A stretch of DNA of 54,439 nt from a virus. Taxonomy: Duplodnaviria; Caudoviricetes. The notes under the pieces are model-generated. The model searched no databases. It was not told the DNA's origin and saw nothing but the letters and a program-made list of their open reading frames with translations. The position numbers were made by a program, and so were the translations under genes. Positions 31,001 through 35,830 of this stretch are shown here, in pieces (position 1 is the first letter of the stretch; the number at the start of each line of letters is the position of its first letter). The stretch covers positions 1 through 54,439 of IMG/VR virus record IMGVR_UViG_3300025102_000037; one strand, written 5' to 3'.

Positions 31001-32018
31001 AGCTAGATTTGTGGGTGGTAATCCATTGATGATGGATACTGCTAACTCTGCTGGTGCTATTCTATTTAAAATCTTTAGATCATATCCGACTCTGTTCTTT
31101 GGTCAAAGGTTAAGACAAGATTCTAGATACTATGGTCCGTTACAAAATGGTATTAGAATTGCTAATCTTATTTCGTTAGATATGCTTTACATGGTTGCAT
31201 CTGCTGTTGCCTCCGGCGGCTTAGATGAAAAACGTATAGATCTTTTAATGCAAGAAATTCAACAAAAGGATGCTTTAATTCGTCTTATTGCTCGCACGCC
31301 AACCTTTGGTATGTTTGGGGGAGTTCTTGCTTCTGCTGTTGCTGAAGCAGGAATCTTTGTTACGGGCGGAAAAGGTTACACACAAAACCTTTTGAACCAA
31401 GCATTTATTCCAATTCCTCTTGCTAAGATTCAATCTAGTGGCGTAAACGGTTTGCTTAATATGTTGAAGTATGCTGGTGAACATGGTGCTCAAGCAGATG
31501 CTCGTTTTAATTTAGCCTTGATGAATCTGTTAACCTCGTTACCAGTTCTGCAAGAGGCATATACCAAGGCAGCAATCCATCATTATTTCTCAACCCCTAT
31601 GATGAGAAATCTTCAAAACGAAAAACTGCAGAGAAAAATTAATGCAGGTAATCGTAGAAGAAGTGGTGGGTCTGGCGGTAGAGGAGCTGGCAGTGGAGGT
31701 CGACTCTATTATCAAGACCCTGAGGATTACAGAGCCAACCCCGGAGCTATTGAGTTTGCGGCAGATAGAAACATCTGGCCTGATGAATTAATATCTTATG
31801 ATATGTTGGCAGTTTTAGCCGGAGAGCCATTGCCGAGCCTGATGGGCCCTGCACCGCTTCCCAAGGCCGAAGACGACCCCACCCCCTCTGAAGCTGCTCC
31901 TCCGCCTCCACCGGCCCCTGAGGCCCCGCAAAAGCAAGTGGACACTTCTCCATCATTGTCAGCTAAGACTGGTAGCCCCAGTCAACGGTTCGCAGAATCA
32001 TTAGGTCAGTTCTCGTAA
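16035..32018 (+). CDS. Giant internal virion protein (gp16-like position) with a putative T7-family virion RNA polymerase domain, SAP-like motif and HExxH metallopeptidase motif
   Basis: 5327 aa, RBS AAGGAG. YFDGNFNGIHH (motif A-like, 22881), EDYY, RALFKKPVMTYLYG (exact Rx3Kx7YG, 23295), PRIVHASDAAH (25764), HELVH...EEFVAE (27585-27790). Confidence 0.75.
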   Translation: MGEAERRLFEIEDLKNVTRDLRRRHTTLDGGQNNGLTTEDYNRNRAMDAQDRTLETLERNYAYSEHTANSQAANAREAATYGQKRFGKMKDNAVIAKFLGHRDPKGAQAYNDFMYKIATPDATGNLKIADQRTTGWAAASSASWFLSNAELERGITSRNANNIKINMNLMRGGLRDYFEGEGLKEYRGDEEIERGMDSITVAGDGWNVNPLNFDESFDAFGLMDSPDLQALRYTDSNFSADTYLNEIQEINPEFVSLMNKSGVDMDVLKQTGNANEFWWNVNRGIAMLGAANTIAHWKETVPEYQEWAMMAKDFVRDSLMNDPDFAGELVIGGMLALSTGPVGIAALTGLKVAKHVGKGKKFARTLVNAARTMRKAAQKANNALPQNWGLSIGYGLRKTAVGRFLNVTSDDFIVDGMKFGTTRKYGSKLTGYMMAELPAGFVEEGIAGAYNAYSMNQTQVGRDQDLFKAFIDEGVAGSLVRAFGINPALRSINFGMRYTGAKAEKYLVDNFGSMFDEDADGMGWTRNIGAFFHRAKQITSLDDTTFLSNELDALDVMIALDELNMTEAEAIAEIEGSNVQELVNKHPALQAIATMLEFDKEGNIIGRETLTDGKKGELKLVKLIRKTREDIARQKLGIDRTEDFTEQEGDTEDVRKFKAEQREKIAKEVKEGTVSKDEFNLALMGAVWGKLDSEAKSASEARAHRDAAYFQMSLRSLALEKHQEMKKTNPKATFQEAFDAVLDDPDLLIKMDQGGVSREIDQIIAEQHPDLYETATDENSGEEYFVPKKDTEDRKYSEELAKHRRNVDFDTQLAAIKAHRKRLGIVKDMRFAIDDALQEKANTAFRELNNKINHEASFNTVVEFIEANDDGSTLIIDGGKGLIEDLNDADIIEVTVNMRGVKMPMRLSVRRPKAFERKGRGQTLKTVKVEVQALTVEKYDSVREMLNKLQIVTGIDEVKAAEKLRPLIKQAIADRLGIKDASDTDLVAMFTGLRRAQGRELTEAEADLIKGLKSDSKKNRQRKINSRTAMIDLIQNDLTEVAVGQLSVQYFDGIGLDSSNVLARLSDPEASRFILTIENARKEAQDNLALSEVLSGLGGMFNIEIVPDADPRAIAERDLIRQKDAAKVKAMNLKGKALTAELDRLGLKKSGNAKAKKERVAQAYARLLEEGKPIDGKPEAEAKPEEPAKEPTAEETEITEIESRLAEIAKMEAESKENNQELAVHIIEEKERLTERLNELKEKQPETEDEGRGITFDPADARRPGVDQETNDLMNKFLQEATDPTLPRGSIERSEDRLVALKKMKDGKVLDEKESDAIDALIREETERLERRKAEQVEEESPVEVEVLQAVEESMDESAKTTDAKTGDAIDQANKDADSGEIIAEDGTVSEDGKKAAAIRTERQANTDRAVDSQRKAEDADTSSQRVKENYNTRRPIILQELRSIEAERERLREEAREQEGEKFDDEDFATRKDVVKLDQREAKLKKELATMEEALGNASQRIAEKNKDALQKAQVKEEELKERENALAPDMDQSIAENVWAQIEVRRMKKDKANDARRILRKLKEKNPQPTIEEMHAALLEVGFSEFDAKTIANFMTEEVNGAIEADKKLSKKEKERKKLTNIRERGDTTINQDHFNTAYEAFKKRLKTEAEGELTQRELRQAKIMALYGKEEWERVRAASNPDIELDIALEGNDAIVPIRGKPFTGLINTAFDPVDRNGIDMSDDDKTAVLNANNQLALIKALERAINNLATIEGRTTITSAELASFALAVGKRKGFDVNVGQLFAKMNWAVIFRESMVTGVDEGVEYFDPESLLDELMMHKARLEYKTRGRKTKLRALEAQKESLSRDEHLQDEELLLEETLEIAEGDSDTLKELGRILFRSETSSLRGQFLVGIDPTSRKLVRTSNKAEYEATVLGAIEERMKLYFAQPRKLAKIVNFLVEEGLLDPSYRDNTSPDQTAQKMYVQAVAQYLRTYPGNKSGDLSSWGNGDISYSFADQIGMGIVDTLAGEQIGTTHEMVEDYEDDYDSSGAKIHGSDRMDPVKHRGAPIKINMAEPMLPGRLEKLKEDHRLMMVNQFIMELDLTEEEMGMIFDFTDPEKTPDKTAVGVVADRSKFIAGERPMPRIIFADPTANLQSRKKLLEDMAFALSGLHDVLLSSIHDSVNNQVYGESIPSGFLDEGIVSELYERHGIGLPGTTVAIPGREDALGRGAGEAGGFGVAGARFGTLAYHAARSYGKMYPVFRDTAIEGLATWSAFSKAINEATDIGIKSAEEALSKDTYFDGNFNGIHHKMALSFTFTEMELDWSFPTDKLRAAIADKGDALDRFLFDHHEMMGNKFVGRYKNRNKEDYYIKSAHDILLALFKRAYQGTGPEQKLAQDTVEKLQEIGFLPETLSVATFEDGITIDNLLDGEEYAKVRALFKKPVMTYLYGAKKDTINKEFKNFLVDEMGLNATEASKVSDPLTRIALGFGLKSRQIALTDLTNKDRTEDPLLKNILGDDSQLDSILKAMRTRMDAHGFTDDNQRKLREHIRNMMVDPSNPMALEDITFNNLAFQIQMRDSMIEGLIQGQLGYQPGTPEYNRMKSKINKTMQAASDKQMEFLGNRIRKGIERLSAPALTSDTPLLKLTDKELETVPKVVGILLTKPKSEWSQFEEVKPYLDKNGNISDEPVGETLNLKKNMGSFIRHIRVEINEGITREEAQEVQKEADAAIEPQEGLFQAVKAMGEVGRKLDMVALDELMEFAGISVGDPNMRNTLEKYYKNNLTYRGIGRDGYAGRWYGTEHEGTHQGPKGAQDQGVAADEPLLAMGAMLKARNEVNFDKAEQMFARYLLHRTANVHTNVEHVIVKIAKQKLEGEKDPDQIRRLKAIIAIMTPDNELTPEQRVERDIQFFEDWHSQYEVAKAVEDAVKTQGGFESLTDSERQQVKLSSMLTQATAAHGMDPETVDTPATTVEELEDRKINLGQNHGMFATRAKAFDTSFRNLGVPEFKKIRVKRILQGTGMVTGKIESLRDFMDNAEESDALMIEQEHVNNLVENPYSTEPNDLLYPELNIAESSDIAMQASRQTIQKYATSLRTKLIRFAYDHGLIEMIQRGEWQRVDYLMKVRIIRDRNHEQRRTELNRLPAELSREELTKRREEIIHRYRRKTAREIKLINQRAEENADAVSTIVEMAPGGNVSTISTGTLVNKDGTSKNLGEILNTLRNELNNLGAYGALSPVEGVAMDDLSRAVFVTEETADRPRIVHASDAAHILTLIIDMQDTADFLRTEGRELVETIIKRNDLDITVEEFTKRLPVYGKYLSLDEAIFVIDELDKKETLADRNILTLAKSAYLGQLDQEETETALRSTSSRRGLIAGTGEIATENKIQGTTGRIKLTLSQARQALLNIRNSTTLDLITDTHYTGISHLNKHKSRGTRLDQIDHVTGQRVSEMRLRDEVHAEGMQYLVDEYNVREGKPTELNTSLNVVVGGRDRSMLSQTEGGNRRLPAMGGVFAEGPFRKRRGTQQAIYLDYSQFEGETDQLHSGVLKAQLTAWKQLEVLPDELESLVDIKPPFRGEKLRLLKQQRVLGYLATHYSISDETRITIPAVIKDGKVEQKAKSFGSVAVNTALAYMELYGNTKEMFVTEGGVTRSLTLEEVIQLPEVQRMITKAETWATTALMVRTGENGKYYDEARGFVMWLAENPASFTSSDENQLDIQFFEYLKSRNKSIDLLDKAEMKAAQDALRKAISQIEVEDSLQSREVPLTLTVDPDTAAKNLENTISGVAFKSSLEQAVADGYISETTKDIVLAVVAKISASNADFLNRVDIQFGANKSRAISAMAGDRYLIELSTADGKKNPMTAAKILLHELVHVGTYKYFDLESTSDEMLQIKELMRFRSVNKLMFDMTAAFTKGDRTATFQRHRQFMKKPEEFVAESAAMFWLTEARAEIEQILSDAEGKIEFSEVEDAGKQNFIKRIRKAIVRSIDSTRNTLRSMIATMTEFESYYGEEGKAELAKMKELALQAAGIVVKNGKPDASLVAKPNNHRYVFHHDGSESGTTTEKTDDEVLDLLGKIRSIKDQINTQRGKDGNDLSPEELSALGDELTARNSELDAVDALPDEFGTFRSQRIIAEQELRDNGRFRSGDGVLVVDMKDLLVEKPGVALSIFTRNLKNNNGKIHRGFLDRIALNREGLNQLTLGPSQNDMTYDSIYDLAVQLSLVIDQQILMTEHMINPEGTSDLLRAKQKIDNQLAFLRGQIRGNKDIKPEQESKILYYLAHPKAKPETGEEALHDVAKLMRTQFNDVIDLAKDTGLLFKGLDYSPVPIKINEQALMENRNEIMKSLTGDIAKKIRGNMADAIDPITLMSSGLLPPMFLTSKRTDPNSLSEDQKKDFINAVQKLAKTEAGRKVIEHAIGLLRPEQKEQFEGYPIKELLGYKYPVGGDSNWKTHHVMNLMIAFETLYEKGFKQQGFRKGAGRHNVLIEFVNQKQNRQQYIDAVSSQINTNQYTIMRANKKFNVSAVRATPLDPGKSTDTPVYSPATYRAELFLGEVQSGVRFLAADKVFEPTSSEIVSQMLGTAADRADGTHTLGDAFVKDSETLIEGVGTGLGFDAVATLAIGHRARGNGYEIEGIRFDDILGALLETGSDAIIRDPVLTEGVRDGLRKNRSISGLRDSLKVVQNKYDTLAGRRVRVDKTQGSGLINRIASMGSDLVLASYGGNLALATSIVEGTATAFQMAGRGDMLRGPAMLLKSMLMGGAQGTLGGLVKAGRLFGFESNRFQIKSTAAELSYAFEHTKVRGMETSSDDPSLVTEGTMSKIGAFVGQVPRSLADAATGASSGVTNGIKFAVEGLAINTLNKLIRSGGLMKMAKFLETDKGKELLALGESENIATSKLYSQVKRILKGSGLSDFAFLGKHDVKVFMAMMDSGVLRPDFLKDLNDLINVAGLEQFIFDGSAAKYSPRSSALTHIAQLQRAALMTQDKAKRDRFMNTLSQIKEYVNREIEARFVGGNPLMMDTANSAGAILFKIFRSYPTLFFGQRLRQDSRYYGPLQNGIRIANLISLDMLYMVASAVASGGLDEKRIDLLMQEIQQKDALIRLIARTPTFGMFGGVLASAVAEAGIFVTGGKGYTQNLLNQAFIPIPLAKIQSSGVNGLLNMLKYAGEHGAQADARFNLALMNLLTSLPVLQEAYTKAAIHHYFSTPMMRNLQNEKLQRKINAGNRRRSGGSGGRGAGSGGRLYYQDPEDYRANPGAIEFAADRNIWPDELISYDMLAVLAGEPLPSLMGPAPLPKAEDDPTPSEAAPPPPPAPEAPQKQVDTSPSLSAKTGSPSQRFAESLGQFS

Positions 32019-32028
32019 GGAGTTCTTT

Positions 32029-32478
32029 ATGTTATCAGCTTTTCTTAATCCTGAAATGTTATCCCTGCTGACGGGAAGTGTCACAGGGTTTATCTTTAAG
32101 AGTATGGCGGAGAAACGAAAAAATGAACAAGAAAAATTTATGCGAGTACTTCAGGCTCAAGAGGCATCGGATGACTCAGCGAATCAAGCTGCTGAAAGAG
32201 TTAGTGATGCAGGAGGCAAGCTGGTTAGGCGTTGTATTGTTATATGTATTTTGTTCGCTACTATTATTGCTCCTTTTATCATTGCTTTCAATGACGGGAT
32301 AACTACAGTAGTGGAGCATACTGAGACAGTGTATGGATGGTGGGATCTTTTGAAGATGTTCCCTGAAGAGAAAACTATATTTACTGAAGTTGACGGGTTT
32401 TTATTTACTCCTGAGAATAGAAATATTCTAGTGACTATCGTAGGATTTTACTTTGGTCAAGCTGTGAAAGGGCGATAG
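32029..32478 (+). CDS. Putative holin (3-TM type)
   Basis: RBS AAGGAG. Three hydrophobic stretches and a C-terminal IVGFYFG motif; last gene of the AT-rich late block. Confidence 0.65.
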   Translation: MLSAFLNPEMLSLLTGSVTGFIFKSMAEKRKNEQEKFMRVLQAQEASDDSANQAAERVSDAGGKLVRRCIVICILFATIIAPFIIAFNDGITTVVEHTETVYGWWDLLKMFPEEKTIFTEVDGFLFTPENRNILVTIVGFYFGQAVKGR

Positions 32479-32556
32479 GGGTCACGAATTTGTAAGGGGC
32501 TTTCTAAGATTTTTGTTTTGAGATGACCCCCATTACCCCCCTTGAAAGGATTTGTG

Positions 32557-32775
32557 ATGAACTACGATATTTCTGCTTTGACTGACTGGCTTGACATGCA
32601 ACAGATTACTGCTGTCATTGACAAGCACGAGCACCAGCTCGGGCCTTGGCCCATTAAGCCTTATCCCGGCAGCACGGCGTTTAGGCGTGCCCTCTATCGC
32701 TACCTCAGCACTCGGGACAAGACACCCGAGCAATGGGAAGAGGATCGCTACGCCGATTGGTGCGACTCTCTCTAA
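32557..32775 (+). CDS. Hypothetical protein, first gene of the GC-rich early region
   Basis: ATG after GAAAGGA; followed by a perfect hairpin. Confidence 0.55.
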   Translation: MNYDISALTDWLDMQQITAVIDKHEHQLGPWPIKPYPGSTAFRRALYRYLSTRDKTPEQWEEDRYADWCDSL

Positions 32776-32784
32776 CCACCGCCT

Positions 32785-32806
32785 CGCTAGGCTTAACGGC
32801 CTAGCG
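32785..32806 (+). repeat. Hairpin CGCTAGGC-TTAACG-GCCTAGCG (C-TTARCG-G family, copy 1)
   Basis: Perfect 8-bp inverted repeat with a TTAACG loop, 10 nt after a stop codon. Confidence 0.8.
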
Positions 32807-32853
32807 TTGCTTTCCTTAACGCCGGGAGTTATGACCCTGAGCGGAGGTGCACT

Positions 32854-32895
32854 GGCACCGCTGGGCTACCCTTAGCGGGGTAGCTCAGTCATTCC
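32854..32895 (+). repeat. Hairpin CTGGGCTACCC-TTAGCG-GGGTAGCTCAG (copy 2); also a degenerate direct repeat of 33425-33466
   Basis: 11-bp stem with one G-T pair. The flanks GGCACyGCTGGGCTACC and GGGGTAG...CATTCC recur at 33425. Confidence 0.8.
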
Positions 32896-32938
32896 ATAGG
32901 CACACTGCAGCCTTCAATGCAGAGATTAGGAGACTGTT

Positions 32939-33424
32939 ATGAAACAGTTGATTACTACCGTAGCGTGTGTTGCTATCCTGTCGTTCGTCTTTGGCGTGGC
33001 TGTGGGTAGCTCTGAGCCGAAGCCTGCCCAAGCAGTGGGCTTTGAGCTTGAGCGATCACCAGCTGTTGCCATGGCTAACACCTTGCTGGAGATGTCACCA
33101 CTCGAGGATGCTATCTGGTTGGCTGAGTCCAACCGATGGACCGGAGAGTTGGGACCAATCTTTGGTGACGATGGCGATGCCTGTGGTCCGTTGCAGATTC
33201 ACTATGCCTGTTGGGTTGATGCTCTTGAGCACGACCCAAGCATTGGTGGTCAGTACCGGAACTGTCAGGATCTAGGCTATGCCCTGTCTATCTTCCGTGC
33301 TTACATGGATAGATACGGTCAGGGTAAGACTGATCGACAGAAGGCACGCATCTGGAACGGTGGACCGAAAGGCCACCTGAAGGCTGCAACACTTAGCTAC
33401 GCTGCCTTGTCCTACTTGGACTAA
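32939..33424 (+). CDS. Lysozyme-fold enzyme (i-type/destabilase-like) with N-terminal signal or anchor
   Basis: RBS AGGAG. Hydrophobic N-terminus; AIWLAES (catalytic Glu), GDDGDACGPLQIHYACWVDA, YMDRYG, ARIWNGGPKG..AATLSY. Confidence 0.8.
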   Translation: MKQLITTVACVAILSFVFGVAVGSSEPKPAQAVGFELERSPAVAMANTLLEMSPLEDAIWLAESNRWTGELGPIFGDDGDACGPLQIHYACWVDALEHDPSIGGQYRNCQDLGYALSIFRAYMDRYGQGKTDRQKARIWNGGPKGHLKAATLSYAALSYLD

Positions 33425-33537
33425 GGCACTGCTGGGCTACCTCGAAAGGGGTAGTGCCAGCATTCCCACCTCTTTGCTGGTTGCGGCGGGGGATGGAAGG
33501 TGGGTAAGCCACCATCGCAGGTAACTGTGGTGGTGGT
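33425..33537 (+). other. Cluster of intergenic RNA hairpins (possible RNase III/processing or termination signals)
   Basis: CTACCTC-GAAA-GGGGTAG, CCCACCT...AGGTGGG and GCCACCATCGCAG-GTAA-CTGTGGTGGTGGT. GNRA loops and G-U pairs point to RNA-level structure. Confidence 0.6.
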
Positions 33538-33595
33538 ATTAGCGGTGGTTAGCCGTGAGCTTGCTGGTGCGTACCAGCGATAGGAATACTTTACC

Positions 33596-34093
33596 ATGAA
33601 CAGGTATAAGTTTCTTCTTGATCGTGTAGCAACAGATGTGTTCGCGTGGCCTCGTGGTCCACAACATCCACCTCTGTTCTATGTCACCATTTACAAAGTC
33701 ACACGCTGTTACGGTGGTCCTGAAGAGGGCGGCTGGGATTACGACCATACAGATTATCTGTCATCGTGTCCAGTCCGCGATCTTCACTACGCTGCAGAGT
33801 TGATTGAAGCATTGGAGGCTGAGCCCTCATTGCAGAAACAACCTAAACCGTATCCAGTGAGTCCGATGCATGGCGATCCTTTTGATCTCATGAACGACTC
33901 GGATGACTGGACACCACGCGGTGCGGACGGGGATGTACGGTATGAGTTCAGTATTGAAGTCATGCCAGACCACCCCAACCTCACTCATTATAGAAACAAT
34001 CTTGAACGAGTATCGTTCTATGATGATGGCGACCGACGGTTCTATACCGTTGGCTGGAGACAATCACCCGCTGGTGTCCCTCGTTACGAGTGA
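33596..34093 (+). CDS. Phage hypothetical protein (YGGPEEGGW motif)
   Basis: YVTIYKVTRCYGGPEEGGWDYD, a motif I recognise from small phage early proteins; function unknown. Confidence 0.7.
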   Translation: MNRYKFLLDRVATDVFAWPRGPQHPPLFYVTIYKVTRCYGGPEEGGWDYDHTDYLSSCPVRDLHYAAELIEALEAEPSLQKQPKPYPVSPMHGDPFDLMNDSDDWTPRGADGDVRYEFSIEVMPDHPNLTHYRNNLERVSFYDDGDRRFYTVGWRQSPAGVPRYE

Positions 34094-34319
34094 TGCCCTC
34101 ACCGCCTTGTGCTCTCGGAGGGGAGCACTTGGCCTTTCCCCTTGCTTGCAGGGGACACGCGAAAGGAGTTCGCAATGCGATTGCCAGTGATGGCAAACCG
34201 CAGGACTATATGCGTCCGCTGAGGATGACAGTCCTCAACTGGGCAGTCCTCAACCTTCGGGCTGAGGTATCTGGTGTGGCATAGTGAAGCCCTACATTTA
34301 CTGATTGGAATAGATTACC

Positions 34320-34877
34320 ATGAAGAATTTCTTCAAGAAATCGGAATCGACATTCAAGACCCCTGAAAAGGTCATGTCGGTTGTCTCCTTTTCCTTTGAC
34401 CGGAACGAGGGATGGCAAGTAATTGCTACTACCCTCCTTCCCAATGCCAACTTCCGAGCTGAACGCGAAGTTGTTGGTACTCTCGGGTTCGAGGCACAGC
34501 CTGATGCTGTTGTCAAGAATCTGGTCAAGCAGGCCCATGCGTCGAATCGTGAACTCGTTTCGATCATCCCTGCTGGCAAGGACGGCGAGCAAGTACGCCC
34601 AGCTTACTGGGCTACCGTTGCTTGCTCGACAGACGGTTACACTTTGACCGTCGAGGCCCTGATGCCAAAGGCCATCGCCCCGTATATCGAGGGTGTTGGT
34701 GCAGGCTTCAGCGTTGATCTCAAGACCAAGACCTACGGGCGTAAGCTCAAGGCTGAGGTCGGGCAGATCCTTTCCAGCTATGATCCGCAGGACGCTCCTG
34801 CGGGGAGCATCGTGTTCTCACTCTGTGTCGCGAACGGCTCAGGGTACATCTCAATGTACAAAGCCTTGAACGGCTAA
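34320..34877 (+). CDS. Beta-rich hypothetical protein (possible nucleic-acid-binding factor)
   Basis: 185 aa with strong C-ending codon bias and alternating hydrophobic strands; followed by a hairpin. Confidence 0.65.
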   Translation: MKNFFKKSESTFKTPEKVMSVVSFSFDRNEGWQVIATTLLPNANFRAEREVVGTLGFEAQPDAVVKNLVKQAHASNRELVSIIPAGKDGEQVRPAYWATVACSTDGYTLTVEALMPKAIAPYIEGVGAGFSVDLKTKTYGRKLKAEVGQILSSYDPQDAPAGSIVFSLCVANGSGYISMYKALNG

Positions 34878-34902
34878 ACACATTGGGCTTCACACCACAC
34901 CA

Positions 34903-34932
34903 CTCTTACCCTGCTTAGCGGCGGGGTAAGGG
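34903..34932 (+). repeat. Hairpin CTCTTACCCTGC-TTAGCG-GCGGGGTAAGGG (copy 3)
   Basis: 12-bp stem with two G-T pairs and the same TTAGCG loop as copy 2, but a different stem sequence. Confidence 0.8.
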
Positions 34933-35124
34933 CTTTGCCGATCATCTCTTATGATAATATTATGTTATCATATGCCATCATACATCATGGGTAGTGGTTG
35001 TGGTGGTGGTGATGGTGGCGGGCTTGGGTCTATCTTGTGGATAACCCGGGTCTACATCCGTATCCCATGGCTGTCCGTCCATAGGGGTACCTGCTTTTTT
35101 CCACGGACGATAAGGAGATCACCA

Positions 35125-35442
35125 ATGAGTGATAAACGTGTTTACAATCATAGAACTCCTCACAACTTGTATCCTATGGGGTACCAGTACATGATGATAG
35201 CTTGGAATGATCGTCATCCAGATGATCAGATGGAGAGCCGTCAAGTCATGGAGCATGCTGTCAAGCGTGCTGAGTTTTCGTTTGTACAGGCTCTGAGCAA
35301 TGACCCTTTGATCAGGGATATCTTAGAGGCTACCGTTCCTCTTCCTAATCCAACTGACCAACAGCGTAGGCTGACACGGATAGTTGGGCTTAAAGAGGGG
35401 ATGCCCGAATCGTTTAATGAATTCAAAAGGAATCAATTCTAA
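35125..35442 (+). CDS. Hypothetical protein, possibly sigma-region-4-like HTH
   Basis: Likely start MSDKRVY after TAAGGAG rather than 34951. MGYQYMMIAW...SRQVMEHAVKRAEFSFVQAL loosely fits the region-4 pattern. Confidence 0.6.
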   Translation: MSDKRVYNHRTPHNLYPMGYQYMMIAWNDRHPDDQMESRQVMEHAVKRAEFSFVQALSNDPLIRDILEATVPLPNPTDQQRRLTRIVGLKEGMPESFNEFKRNQF

Positions 35443-35636
35443 TGTCATTATCTGATAATGAACGTATTGAACTGAAGGAACTCCGAGCAGATAAAGCTGT
35501 TTATGAAAATAGAATAGCATATCTGGAGCAGACAGTTAGATCATATAAGATTGAAATTAATTGTCTACGCAACAAGAGACTTAGCCCTGCTGAGGTTAAG
35601 CAAGAGACAATCCGTCGACTGAAGGCTGGATTGTAA
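35442..35636 (+). CDS. Small coiled-coil hypothetical protein
   Basis: ATG overlaps the upstream TAA; heptad pattern. Confidence 0.6.
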   Translation: MSLSDNERIELKELRADKAVYENRIAYLEQTVRSYKIEINCLRNKRLSPAEVKQETIRRLKAGL

Positions 35637-35729
35637 GCGGAGAGTTGAAGAGAATGGATGGCACTGGGGAAACCTAGTGTCATCCTTTGCCTGTGTCGCA
35701 TTACGATACAACAGGTTTACTTTCTCCTC

Positions 35730-35763
35730 GTGACCTGTCTCCGGCAAGAGGCAGGTCGCCTTT
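35730..35763 (+). terminator. Hairpin upstream of the compact RNAP (weak terminator or processing site)
   Basis: GTGACCTGTCTC-CGGCAA-GAGGCAGGTCGC, a 12-bp stem followed by only a short CTTT. Confidence 0.45.
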
Positions 35764-35830
35764 AGTACCAACTGTGGTACTGACTCTGCCACTGAGTTAG
35801 TGGTGATTTTATTCTTGAAAGGATTCCATT

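Noticed and set aside
32780-34935. CRISPR array or mini-array suggested by the repeated hairpins
   Set aside because: The repeats are not identical, are irregularly spaced and are separated by genes; no cas genes are present.
34951-34971. Fur box
   Set aside because: ATGATAATATTATGTTATCAT resembles the Fur consensus, but half-site spacing does not fit the 7-1-7 pattern; it is kept only as part of the repeated module.
34951-35124. Gly-rich N-terminal extension (GSGCGGGDGGG) of the 163-aa ORF
   Set aside because: It comes from translating the non-coding GGT tract; the strong RBS TAAGGAG supports a start at 35125.
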